Shown: positions 9,281 through 18,673, numbered from the stretch's first letter. The stretch: 64,000 bases of DNA from Candidatus Bathyarchaeia archaeon (GCA_050012255.1 JBEKHN010000001.1:288001-352000); one strand, 5' to 3'. Numbers and translations are program-made. Notes: generated from the sequence alone by a model not told the origin.

Positions 9281-10639
9281 ATGAGCGTCGAACAGTTTTT
9301 GGAGTCGGTGACGAATCCCCTCACTAGGAAGGAGTATCGTCATGGACTCAAGAAGTGGGTAGAATACTATGGCAAAACGGCTGAACAAACGCTGCAGGAG
9401 AGAAAAGACGACCTCACTCAGAGAGCTAACGAAAACCTGATTGACTACAAGAACAGGGCTGCAAGGTTTGAGAAGGAGATAGAGAAATTTCACGGATGGA
9501 TGCGAGAGCATGGCTCTGCAATCAACTCAGCGAGAACCCTGACTCTAGGAATAAGACAGCTTTTCTCATACTATCAGATGCCTGTCACTCTGAGGAACGG
9601 ATCCAAAGCAACCAAGACAGAGAAGACCACACGTAGCTTTCCTTTGGCAATCGAACACGACAGGAAAATGTTTGCAGTGGCAGACTTGAGAGAAAGAGTC
9701 ATCCTGAGTATGGCAACGGATCTAGGGCTAAGGATGGAAGACTTCATTTCTCTCAAGAAGGCTGATCTGCCTGACTTGTCTCAGGAAGCTCCAATCAGCT
9801 TTGACATCATGACAAGCAAAGAGAATGTTGTGGCACATGGCTTCCTGAGTGCTGAGTCTCTGGAATTGCTGAAGACCTACCTGCAAACAATGGAGCAAAA
9901 GGCAGAGAAGAAGACTCAAGAGAAGGGAGAGAAGTATGATAACCCCTTCCTTTTTGCTTCCAACGGAGAAAGCCATATCTCAGACGAAACGGTGAATCGG
10001 ATCCTGAAAGGTTTGGCAGAGAAAGCAAAGATACCTCTGAACGGCAAAGACCTGAGCTTTCATTGCTTCCGCAAAATGTTTTTGGCTGCCTCTGTTGACT
10101 CAGGAGCAGGGCTAGTGGCAGGGAAGATCATCTGTGGAAAGAGTGTCCCTCAGTCTGACGACACGTATCTAGGCACTGTGAATCTCAGGGAGAAGTTCAA
10201 GACCATAAAGAAGTTCCTGACCATCACCGAAACGACCAACAAGGAAGAGGTAAACAAGATTGAGGACTTGAAGGCTGCAGTGGTCAGGCTTCAAGAGCAG
10301 CTCTCGACACAGCAGGTCATAACACAGACAATCCAACAGCAGAACGACAAACTGAAGTCCTTGACCGTCTTGGCAGACTACCTTTCAAGTCTCGACAGCA
10401 CAGGAGAAATACAGACCTATTTCATGGACTTGGACTCTGCTAAAGGCCACATGAAAGGAGTCTACGTCGGAAAGGTGGAAGGACAGACCTCACAACTCGT
10501 TGACAAGGCCATACATATGACAGTCAAAAGGCACAAGAGAGAATATGACAAAGGCGAGACTGCTAAAGCAATTCGCTCCGTAGACTCTGCTTTAAAAGAG
10601 CATAGGAAAACTGCAAAGGCTTCCAAGGCAGAAGCCTGA
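9281..10639 (+). CDS. Tyrosine recombinase/integrase with C-terminal coiled coil
   Basis: GLRMEDF (R), TSKEN (K), FHCFRK (HxxR), ICGKSV...DTYL (Y); N-terminal core-binding helices. Confidence 0.9.
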   Translation: MSVEQFLESVTNPLTRKEYRHGLKKWVEYYGKTAEQTLQERKDDLTQRANENLIDYKNRAARFEKEIEKFHGWMREHGSAINSARTLTLGIRQLFSYYQMPVTLRNGSKATKTEKTTRSFPLAIEHDRKMFAVADLRERVILSMATDLGLRMEDFISLKKADLPDLSQEAPISFDIMTSKENVVAHGFLSAESLELLKTYLQTMEQKAEKKTQEKGEKYDNPFLFASNGESHISDETVNRILKGLAEKAKIPLNGKDLSFHCFRKMFLAASVDSGAGLVAGKIICGKSVPQSDDTYLGTVNLREKFKTIKKFLTITETTNKEEVNKIEDLKAAVVRLQEQLSTQQVITQTIQQQNDKLKSLTVLADYLSSLDSTGEIQTYFMDLDSAKGHMKGVYVGKVEGQTSQLVDKAIHMTVKRHKREYDKGETAKAIRSVDSALKEHRKTAKASKAEA

Positions 10640-10641
10640 AC

Positions 10642-10908
10642 CTATTTCCTTCTTTTTCTCTGTCGTCTGTCTATTTCCGACTGAGTGCCCAGAACCAAGT
10701 TCTTCCAACTGTTTCTGAAGATGTGGAGATTGGGTTTCTTGTCAAAAATAGCTGCTGCCACATCAATCTGTCTCTTTTGAATAGCCTCTCTCAACTTCCT
10801 TTGCTTTTCTCTCTGAAATTCACGATATTGCCGTTTGTATTCAGTCCCAAACCTTTTGTGATACTCTTTCAGGTATGCCTTCTGCTTTTCTTTATCTTTG
10901 AATGGCAT
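10642..10908 (-). CDS. Small basic hypothetical protein (MGE type)
   Basis: MPFKDKEKQKAYLKEYHKR N-terminus resembles small viral/plasmid basic proteins. Confidence 0.6.
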   Translation of the reverse strand: MPFKDKEKQKAYLKEYHKRFGTEYKRQYREFQREKQRKLREAIQKRQIDVAAAIFDKKPNLHIFRNSWKNLVLGTQSEIDRRQRKRRK

Positions 10909-11031
10909 GATCGATCACAATCGCATTCTTATTGAACAAGTATTTTACTCACTTAGTTTATCTGTCCAAAACCGTTATATATCTCTTATGCTTAAAGGTT
11001 TTTCTGTCTAAAACTTAAGGAGAAGGGTGTA

Positions 11032-11826
11032 GTGGCTGACAAACCTGAGCTGAAGGGTTATCAGGGATTTCAGGATACTCTCAAGGCCAAAGCCTATGAG
11101 TGGCTCAGGCAGCATCTCCACGAAAAACCCAGGGGAAAGATCGTCAAATTAGCATCATTTCTTGGCATAGACTACAAGGCAAACAAGCAATATCTTTGGC
11201 AGATCAGCAGTGACTTCAAAACTGATGTCAGAAATAGGCAAGGGCTAAAACCCCCAAATTGGCATAATTGGCTTGGCAGGATTAAGGCATTTGAGGGTTT
11301 GAGTAGAGAGGAAGCTGTTAAGAAGGATTGGGTTCAGACCAAAGCCAAGAATCATTATTTGTTGTTTGTCGATCCTAGAGGGCTTGGTAGGCTTGAGTGG
11401 CATATTGATGGCACTGTCAAGGTTTGGGTGAAGAAGCCTGTTTCCGATGCGAAGAAGCTGCAGCTTTTGGCTGATGCCTTCTTCAATACTTATCTGATCA
11501 CTGACATCAAGGTTTTCACTGAATGGGCTAAGACTCTGAGGCAGAAAGGTGAAGATTGTGCTGTCCATGTGGGCTTTGATGTGTCTTACTTCAAGATTGA
11601 CTTGTTCCAAGAGTCCAATGGCATCACGATTGTTGGTGGTGACAAGTCTCACAGAGATTGCATAGAGGCTAGGCTCCGAGTGCCTGAGTGGGCAGAGGAA
11701 TACAGAGAGAAAGCAGACTTCATCATTCAGGGCTACAAGACGATGATTGAGCAAATCAGCAAGCCCTTGCAGGACTTGTCAGCTCCCAAGCCTAAACTTG
11801 CACAGGACAGGGAGATGGTTGTTTGA
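11032..11826 (+). CDS. Uncharacterised MGE protein
   Basis: 264-aa ORF with upstream TATA-like and purine-rich RBS-like sequences; LGRLEW, SNGITI and GDKSH motifs. Confidence 0.75.
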   Translation: MADKPELKGYQGFQDTLKAKAYEWLRQHLHEKPRGKIVKLASFLGIDYKANKQYLWQISSDFKTDVRNRQGLKPPNWHNWLGRIKAFEGLSREEAVKKDWVQTKAKNHYLLFVDPRGLGRLEWHIDGTVKVWVKKPVSDAKKLQLLADAFFNTYLITDIKVFTEWAKTLRQKGEDCAVHVGFDVSYFKIDLFQESNGITIVGGDKSHRDCIEARLRVPEWAEEYREKADFIIQGYKTMIEQISKPLQDLSAPKPKLAQDREMVV

Positions 11827-11880
11827 TGGAGCAGACGACTGAGAGAAAGCGAGAGCCTGCTCAGGTGTCAAGCATTGAAG

Positions 11881-12012
11881 ATGGCTGATGTGATGCGAGA
11901 CGGAGAGAAGGAACTTGCTGAGTTGTTAGTTCCACAACCTGATAGGCTTCAGAAAGTAGATGAGGTTCTTAGGTGGATTGAGGAACAGGAGAAGAAGGAG
12001 AAGAGAAAGTGA
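11881..12012 (+). CDS. 43-aa hypothetical protein
   Basis: MADVMRDGEKELAELLVPQPDRLQKVDEVLRWIEEQEKKEKRK; GTGA overlap with the next ORF. Confidence 0.4.
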   Translation: MADVMRDGEKELAELLVPQPDRLQKVDEVLRWIEEQEKKEKRK

Positions 12013-12223
12013 CAGGGCTTCTTGACCCTTTTCGGAATTGGAGAAACAAAAGGAAATGGCATGAGTATGTTGATGAGGAAAGTCTCAGGATGCTTTTTGA
12101 ATATCAGTGCCTTATTATTCAACGGAAGATCCTGATGCCCGACCTACAGAAAGCCAGCATGTGTCTGAATGGACATTCTAGGATGATTTTGTATGTTCCT
12201 TGGAAGCATGGAAAGGATATGCT

Positions 12224-12499
12224 ATGACCATCAAGAGGCATGCCCACTTTTCTGAGAAATTCTCAATCAGCAATTGGGAGAAGGTAGGCAACCTGAAGGT
12301 TATGACGCTTCTATCTGTGTCATCAAGAGGCAACAGTCTGTGCATCATTGTTCCCAAAGACCTTGTGGACATTAACGGCATCATTTCAGGTGACAGGATC
12401 AGGGTTTGGTTCCTAGACCACTACCGTAAGAAGAGGGAAGACTCTTCTGAACCTAGCAGGACAGACGACAAAACAGGGTTCACTGAGGAAAGAGAGTGA
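12224..12499 (+). CDS. AbrB/MazE-like DNA-binding protein
   Basis: SVSSRGNSLCIIVPKDLVDINGIISGDRIRV swapped-hairpin motif. Confidence 0.7.
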   Translation: MTIKRHAHFSEKFSISNWEKVGNLKVMTLLSVSSRGNSLCIIVPKDLVDINGIISGDRIRVWFLDHYRKKREDSSEPSRTDDKTGFTEERE

Positions 12500-12675
12500 A
12501 GAGAAGTTACAGACTGCCTAGAGGAGATCTCTCAGAGGAACAGAGCTCATGAGCTGAGTCAAGAAGAGCGTCTTAGGCAGGTTGAGCAAGTGCTGAAGAA
12601 AATAGAAAGTCTGAGAGTTTTTGAAAGGGCAGAACCTAGCTGCTGCCATCATACTTTTTGACTTGCAGGAGTCAT

Positions 12676-13542
12676 TCACAACACATCTGCCAACGGTTGC
12701 AGGAGTGCGTCGGCGTAGTCTCTCCATGAAAGATGCGAGTAAACATCAATGTTGGAGCTGACCTTTTGACCGCGTGATTGCTCTTCATTCTTTATGCTCC
12801 ATCCTGTGAACGCACATACTTGAATGGGCTGAAACCGATAGTTCATTCTCAAGTGATCACATCTCCAATGCCTCAAAACGTGCGGATGAACCTTCTTGAT
12901 TTTCGGGTCAAGCTGCATGATGTCTGACAGGTTCTTGCGAACTACGATTTGGAAGTTTTCTTCACACATATCGAAGCTGAGCTTTGCCTTGCCGTTCTGC
13001 AGTTTGTTTTCGTTCCGCATCTTCTGCACCCATTTCGCAATATCGTAACTCCAAGGCTCTATTCTCGGATCCATAGGAATGCCCACGTCTTTTGTTGGCA
13101 CTCCAGTGTAGGTAATGGTCTGTGGAGCAGGGGAAGGGCTTGTCTGGGTCGTCTCACCTGCTTGAGCTACCTGACTGACAGGAGTTGGCTCTTCTTTCTC
13201 AATCCTCATTTTGGCAATGGCAGTTGTCACTATGAGAAGTTTCGTATCCTCTACCTTGCTGCCATCTGGGAATTCAATGTGTTTCTTCCAAGTCGCAAGC
13301 TCGTGTCGCATCATTGTTCCGTAGGGCTTGGAAAGTCCATGCTTGAGTTGATAGGGAGTTGTGCGAGTTAAGATTTCACAGGCTCTTGCTCCGAGAAGAT
13401 AGGCAAGTTTGCAGAGAACCTCGTCTCTCTGGGAAGTCCAATGGTGGTTGTCCATGTATTCTCTGAACAATCTGAAGTCAGGAGTATGGACTCTTTCTTT
13501 CTCTTTGAACACGACCTGTTGAATCGCACCCAAGTTTTCCAT
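12676..13542 (-). CDS. Divergent tyrosine recombinase (essentially catalytic domain only)
   Basis: LLGARACEIL (R), HPHVLRHWR (HxxR), FTGWS (W), DVYSHL (Y). Confidence 0.85.
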   Translation of the reverse strand: MENLGAIQQVVFKEKERVHTPDFRLFREYMDNHHWTSQRDEVLCKLAYLLGARACEILTRTTPYQLKHGLSKPYGTMMRHELATWKKHIEFPDGSKVEDTKLLIVTTAIAKMRIEKEEPTPVSQVAQAGETTQTSPSPAPQTITYTGVPTKDVGIPMDPRIEPWSYDIAKWVQKMRNENKLQNGKAKLSFDMCEENFQIVVRKNLSDIMQLDPKIKKVHPHVLRHWRCDHLRMNYRFQPIQVCAFTGWSIKNEEQSRGQKVSSNIDVYSHLSWRDYADALLQPLADVL

Positions 13543-13589
13543 GTTGAGTCGCCTACGCTCTATCTATTAGCCATTGGAGTGAAAAAGCT

Positions 13590-13617
13590 TTTTGCGATTT
13601 CCTACAAAGATCGCAAA
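13590..13617. promoter_or_regulatory. Inverted repeat TTTGCGAT...ATCGCAAA upstream of the recombinase (possible operator/binding site)
   Basis: 8-bp arms with a 12-bp spacer, about 50 bp upstream of the ATG at 13542. Confidence 0.45.
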
Positions 13618-14004
13618 GTCTATGGACAATAAAAGAGAGTCGCAAGAAAAGCTCCTCAGTTCTAGTTCGCTCTGAAAATTATGAACTAATAATCAATGCT
13701 TAGGAAATAGAAGGAATCTTCGAGCATTGGTTCAGTTCTCTGAAGAGTTCAGGCAGAGAGGCGAGTGCTAAGATAGTGTTGTGATTTTCATTCTTGGCCT
13801 GCAGTGTGTGAGGCAGTTAGCGTTGAGCTGTCAGTGAAAAGTAAGAACTTGTGGAGACGACACCGCAGATCTCAAAGAAGTCAGAAATCTTGTCGGCTGT
13901 CTGTGCAAAGTCATACTCGCTTGTTGCTAAGAGTCCTGAGTCATCTTGATACGAGACTGTGAATACAATGCTTCTGATGGCAGTGTCAGGCAACACGCGC
14001 GCGC

Positions 14005-14459
14005 TAGGCCAAGGATACTCCGGTAACATAACTGTAACAGCTGAAAACCTAGGCGGCTACACTGAAACCTTCAACATCACAGCATACGCCAACACAACCA
14101 TCATAGCATCAGAAAGCGTTACCTTACCAGCCGGCAACTCTACGACAGTCACGTTCGTTTGGAACAGTACTGGCTTTGCTTACGGCAATTACACCATAAG
14201 CGCTTATGCTCTGCCTGTACTAGGCGAGACAAACACGGCGAACAACAATTTCACAGGCGGCGTGGTGACAGTTACTTTTCCAGGCGACGTCAACGGCGAC
14301 GGCACTGTTGACATCTATGACGCCATACTGCTATCTGGCGCCTTCGGTTCCAGTCCAGGCAGTCCAAAGTGGAACCCCAACGCAGACCTAAACAACGACG
14401 GCATCGTAGACATCTACGACGCAATCATACTCGCAGGCAACTATGCAAGAACAGCCTAG
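14005..14459 (+). pseudogene. 5'-truncated CARDB + dockerin surface protein
   Basis: GQGYSGNITVTAENLGGYTETFNIT (CARDB) and GDVNGDGTVDIYDA...ADLNNDGIVDIYDA (dockerin); no signal peptide; begins at a GC palindrome. Confidence 0.8.
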
Positions 14460-14621
14460 TGTTTGCCCTTGACTTGTTCTATTCATTTATTTAGTAGCGC
14501 ACGCGGGCCAAAGTGGATTTCTTCAAAATTTAGGTATTTCACTAGTTTATGACGTTACAGAGGGGAAGTTGGCCTGGACAACAAGCGCGAGGAGCTAGGA
14601 CGCCGTTTAAGCCGGTTCTAT

Positions 14622-15162
14622 TTGCGTGACTGCGAGAGAAGTCGCAGTGTACTCCAGCCATCGATCTTGATTTTTATAATTGCATTTGCAGTTGTGGTCC
14701 TGCCTTCACATTCTATTGCAGAAGTGGACTGGTGGTCGACGTTTCATCATGATCCGTTACATACTGGCTATTCGACTTCGGCAGTTCCATCTACGAATAG
14801 AACCATTTGGAACTTCACGACTGGCAGCGTGCTGGAATCTTGTCCCGCAATCGTCGGCGACGAACTGTTTTTCGGTTCTGGCGACGGCAACTTCTACGCA
14901 TTAAACGCTTCAACCGATACTCAGATATGGAACTATGCGACAGGAGGCGTATTGTTTCCTCCCCAGCATTCTTCAATGATATGGTCTTCTTCGGTTCAGG
15001 AGATGCGAACGTCTATGCTTTAGACTGTTCAAGTGGAAGTCTTCTGTGGAACTATAGAACCGCACGCAGAGTTATCTCATCTCCAACGTTTTCCGACGGT
15101 GTTGTCTACGTCGGCTCCTATGACCATAATGTCTATGCTCTGAACGCTTCACGGGCGCGCGC
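14622..15162 (+). pseudogene. PQQ-like beta-propeller (BamB-like) surface protein, frameshifted and 3'-truncated
   Basis: Signal peptide, WWSTFHHDPLHTGYS, repeats SSPA..VFFGSGD.NVYAL; frameshift near 14947; ends at GCGCGCGC. Confidence 0.8.
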
Positions 15163-15291
15163 ATCTTTGAATATGGACCGTCGCTATTCGATGCATGAAT
15201 CTTAAATTCTCACTAGTCGCCCGTTTCCGACTATGCACCAGTTTAATGCATTAAACGCGGTGCGCGATAGTGTTTCGCGCGCGAGTGCAAT

Positions 15292-16557
15292 CTACAACGT
15301 AGTTGTGTGAACTCCATTGGAATGATCACGGGATTGATTCAGTGCTTCTTGTGTTAGGACTTCTTCGGGGTCCAGTTCCCATATGCGGATGATTCTTATT
15401 AGGTCGACTATTTTGCTGGCTTTGGTCCTTGGTTGTATGCTGAGGCCAGATGCTACGTAGATTCCTCGCAGGAAATCGACCCCTTTCATCTTGACGTCGT
15501 GGTAGACGCTCAAGGTGTGACCCATCATGTACTCGACGTAGTCGCGTTCTGTGCCCGTTGAGATCATTTGAGTTAGGAAGAATTTTCGGAGGCTGTGAGC
15601 CGTTAGATCGTATCTTTTGATTTTTGGGGTCCTAGTCAATACACCGGCTCTGACGTAGAGCGTGTTGACTATATCCTGAATTGTCGCCGCGTCTAAAGGT
15701 TTGATCCCACGATAACTGCTGATCAAAGGCGATTCGTCATCGAGACGCTCTCGTGGTCCTATTTTCCCGTTTTTCCGGGCGTCTAGGTAGGCTTTTAGGT
15801 ATTCTGAAGCCTCGCTGTTTAGAAAAGTGTCGTAACCATGGTGTTTACCCTTTGTTATTTCTGGTTCAACGTGAACGTGGATGGGAATTGTTCCTTTTTC
15901 TAGGTCTTGTTTAACGTGGCGATATTTGAGTTGAACTAGGGTTCCGTTTCGAAATCCGCCGACCGCCATCAGAGCGATTATGACCTTACCGCGGATGTCT
16001 GCTACCTTCAAGGTCTTCTGGAGTTCATCAGGTGTGGGTGCACGTTCCTCGTAAATGCTCCATTTGGATCTCCGACAGGGTTTATTGAATCTTACTCCGT
16101 TAAGTTGGAAGAAGAACTGTATCCCTTTTGCCATGTTGTAGACCGTGGCTGGGGCCATGCCTTTCTCTTCTTGCAGATTGTCGGCGAAGTCTGCGAGGAG
16201 ACGCTCCATTTGAATGACGACCTTAGGTATTGGAACTTGATCCTTTCCTTTGCAGTCGTTCAGAAGCTCATCGGGACTTTTTTGTAGCCATCTGCTGAAG
16301 CGATATATGTCATATATCTGATTGCGAAGCGTGTGCAGACTGCCTGTTCGGTGACGTAACAGATGTTTCGCGACCTCTATGGTTGTGGAGTTTTCGAAGG
16401 TGAATGGCGCCAACTTAGGATGCCATCTAATGAAGGTGTTTATAACATATTGGCGAAGTTTTCTGTCGGCTACACTTTCTGTTTCAGGGATCTCGAGGGT
16501 GAAAGGCTGTTTAAGTCTGCGTCCACTGGGGCCCCTGGTTATGGTAAGGGATTTCAT
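15292..16557 (-). CDS. Tyrosine recombinase (second of tandem pair)
   Basis: GFRNGTL, KGK, AHSLRKFF, MMGH, VYHD: complete R-K-H-R-H-Y set. Confidence 0.92.
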   Translation of the reverse strand: MKSLTITRGPSGRRLKQPFTLEIPETESVADRKLRQYVINTFIRWHPKLAPFTFENSTTIEVAKHLLRHRTGSLHTLRNQIYDIYRFSRWLQKSPDELLNDCKGKDQVPIPKVVIQMERLLADFADNLQEEKGMAPATVYNMAKGIQFFFQLNGVRFNKPCRRSKWSIYEERAPTPDELQKTLKVADIRGKVIIALMAVGGFRNGTLVQLKYRHVKQDLEKGTIPIHVHVEPEITKGKHHGYDTFLNSEASEYLKAYLDARKNGKIGPRERLDDESPLISSYRGIKPLDAATIQDIVNTLYVRAGVLTRTPKIKRYDLTAHSLRKFFLTQMISTGTERDYVEYMMGHTLSVYHDVKMKGVDFLRGIYVASGLSIQPRTKASKIVDLIRIIRIWELDPEEVLTQEALNQSRDHSNGVHTTTL

Positions 16558-17909
16558 TCATACGCACCCGTTGACTCTGGCAGAGAACCACTCCGCTGAT
16601 AATTTTGCGAAGCCTTTGATGAGATTAGAGTATCTCTATTATCGGCTTGCTCCTGCTTTGTAGTCGGAGTGATTTGCGTCAGGGCTTCACGGGTGAGGAT
16701 TTTCTGCGGGTTTAGCCCCCACGTTTGAAGTATTTCTTTCAAGGCATCGATTTTGTTCATTTTGATTCTCGGTCTTATGCGTATTCCGGATGTCGTGTAC
16801 ACGCCGCGTAGATATTCGACACCCTTCATCCTAACATCATGGTATCGATCTTTCACTGCGCGGCCCATCATGAAATCAATGCAGTCTGGATCAACTTCAA
16901 GCGAGGCCATTTGGGTTCGGAAAAACCTCCTGAAGCTGTGGGTTCTCAATTCATATCTTCTGCGCAAAGAATTCTTTTCTAGTAAGCCGGTTCTAACATA
17001 GAGATTGTGAATCATCTGGTGAACCGTCGTAACAGCCACCGTTTTAACTTGTTTGCAGCGGCACGTCCTGATCAAAGGTGATTCATCCCGTATTTGCTCT
17101 GGCGGAATTTTCTTTGTGCCTATTTTGCGAGCTTTAAAGTAGGCTCTAAGGCACTCTGATGCTTCATCGTTCAAGAAAGTGTCGTAACTGCGCCGTTTGC
17201 CCTTTATCAGTTCCGACTCGACGTGAATGTGAATTGGGATGATGTCTCGTTCAAGGTCATCCTTCACGTGTCGATACTGAAGTCTTAGAAGGGTGCCTAC
17301 GCGGAGGCCGCTGACTGCCAACGTTGTGATTATGACTCTTTCACGAAGGTCTGCCAAATCTAGAATCTTTATGAGCTCCTCGCGTGAAGGGGCTCGCTCA
17401 TTGTACAAATTCCAAACGCTCAACCCGTAGGGTAATCTAAGTCCTACGCCATTGATACGGAAGACGCTTGTGATGTTTTTCAAGCGACTCCTTATAGTGG
17501 TCGGCGATAGGTTCTTTGCTTGCAGTTGGTCAATGTATTCGTCAAGTGCGCTTGTCATCCTAGCTATTCCTTTTGGGTTGGCATCTCCATTCGACTTTCG
17601 GCACCTGCTCATAAGCTGGTCAGGCTCGGCCTTAATCCATCTGCAGAAACAATTGAAGTCGTCAACGTATTCGTAAAGAGTGAACTGGCTCCCTGTTCTG
17701 TTGAATAGCAGATGTCTCGCAACCTCCATTGTGGAGAAGTTCTTGAGAGTAAAAGGTATTAGAGGGGACCTTCTGCTCAACGATTCCCAAATGTACCGTA
17801 AGAGTTTCTTTTCTGCCCCATTCTGTCTTTCTGGGACTCTTAGCGTCAACGGTTTCTTGAACCTCCCGCCACGAACCCCTCTTTCTATGACTAAGGTTTT
17901 GTATTTCAT
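16554..17909 (-). CDS. Tyrosine recombinase (first of tandem pair)
   Basis: GLRVGTL, KGK, THSFRRFF, MMGR, RYHD; start chosen at MKYKTL by alignment to the partner; ATGA overlap. Confidence 0.9.
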   Translation of the reverse strand: MKYKTLVIERGVRGGRFKKPLTLRVPERQNGAEKKLLRYIWESLSRRSPLIPFTLKNFSTMEVARHLLFNRTGSQFTLYEYVDDFNCFCRWIKAEPDQLMSRCRKSNGDANPKGIARMTSALDEYIDQLQAKNLSPTTIRSRLKNITSVFRINGVGLRLPYGLSVWNLYNERAPSREELIKILDLADLRERVIITTLAVSGLRVGTLLRLQYRHVKDDLERDIIPIHIHVESELIKGKRRSYDTFLNDEASECLRAYFKARKIGTKKIPPEQIRDESPLIRTCRCKQVKTVAVTTVHQMIHNLYVRTGLLEKNSLRRRYELRTHSFRRFFRTQMASLEVDPDCIDFMMGRAVKDRYHDVRMKGVEYLRGVYTTSGIRIRPRIKMNKIDALKEILQTWGLNPQKILTREALTQITPTTKQEQADNRDTLISSKASQNYQRSGSLPESTGAYE

Positions 17910-18066
17910 TTCCACAATTCTCCGATTCTCAGAATCTTCGGACTTCAGATTTAAAAAACCATGGTTGGCGCCGAACATTAACATAACTCGAAAACAGCTA
18001 TTTCCTCCGACTTCCGAACACAAATTCAAATGCGCGCGCTAAGTTTGTTTAGAGGCTCCCCCTGAG

Positions 18067-18092
18067 TACGCGCGCGCTAAGAATTTTGTCAA
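18067..18092 (-). pseudogene. Stub of a DUF5615 PIN-like toxin (TTG ACA AAA TTC TTA GC = MTKFLA) cut at a GC palindrome
   Basis: TTG overlaps the DUF433 stop; DUF433 partners typically begin MKFLADEN. Confidence 0.5.
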
Positions 18093-18322
18093 GGAAGCGG
18101 GTAGACCTTCTCTTCTTTCAAGATTTCAGTTGCGTACTTCAAGACTACAGTTATGTCTTCTTTTTTGAGCTGCGGATAATTCTCCAGTATTGTTTCAGCT
18201 GTCCAGCCGTTGGCGAGAAGGTCCAAGATGAATTCAACGGATATTCTGGCGCCCTTTATTACTGGTTTTCCAGCTAGTACGTTTGGGTTCAGTGTTATTC
18301 TGTTTCTCCACTCGTCCATCAC
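18089..18322 (-). CDS. DUF433 antitoxin
   Basis: RITLNPNVLAGKPVIKGARISVEFILDLLANGWTAETILENYPQLKKEDI. Confidence 0.92.
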   Translation of the reverse strand: MMDEWRNRITLNPNVLAGKPVIKGARISVEFILDLLANGWTAETILENYPQLKKEDITVVLKYATEILKEEKVYPLP

Positions 18323-18478
18323 TTGATCACCGATGTACTGGTTAAGTGCAGAGGTTATATGTCTTCTTGATGTTCTTGGTATGCGTGTGCTCCAGCGCTC
18401 GCGGTTTTTGAAAAAAAAATATTTTTTTGTGTACGTTGAGGCCTAACTTAGATTCTCTTTGGATGGTGTTTCATGGGG

Positions 18479-18673
18479 TCATCTTGAGACGTTCGAATTC
18501 AGTCTTGTTTGCGAAGCCCTAGCGCGCTCTCTCCTTTTCAACCTTGAAACCCAACCCCCGAGAGCTTCTTCCGCAGCCTTGCTCAATGCTCCCTTTCCAT
18601 AGCTGAACCTCTTCATTGCGAGTTTCCTGAACCTGCGCTCAAGCTTTTGGCTAACGTGAACCCTCAAGGACAT
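18479..18673 (-). CDS. RHH antitoxin-like protein, probably 3'-truncated
   Basis: LRVHVSQKLERRFRKLAMKRFSYGKGALSKAAEEAL; frame passes through AGCGCGCTAG at 18519-18528. Confidence 0.6.
   Translation of the reverse strand: MSLRVHVSQKLERRFRKLAMKRFSYGKGALSKAAEEALGGWVSRLKRRERARASQTRLNSNVSR

Larger units (their letters stand above)
9200..13994. mobile_element. Putative integrated element (plasmid/provirus remnant) with two convergent tyrosine recombinases; boundaries approximate
   Basis: Integrases at both ends, small MGE-type ORFs and an AbrB-like gene in between; no att direct repeat identified. Confidence 0.6.

Noticed and set aside
9281-18029. Classical integron (IntI + attC array)
   Set aside because: No recognisable IntI-specific insertion in the recombinases and no full-length attC hairpins seen; only short core-like resemblance.
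18410-18428. A9-TA-T7 palindrome
   Set aside because: Low complexity; at most a bidirectional terminator, with no further support.
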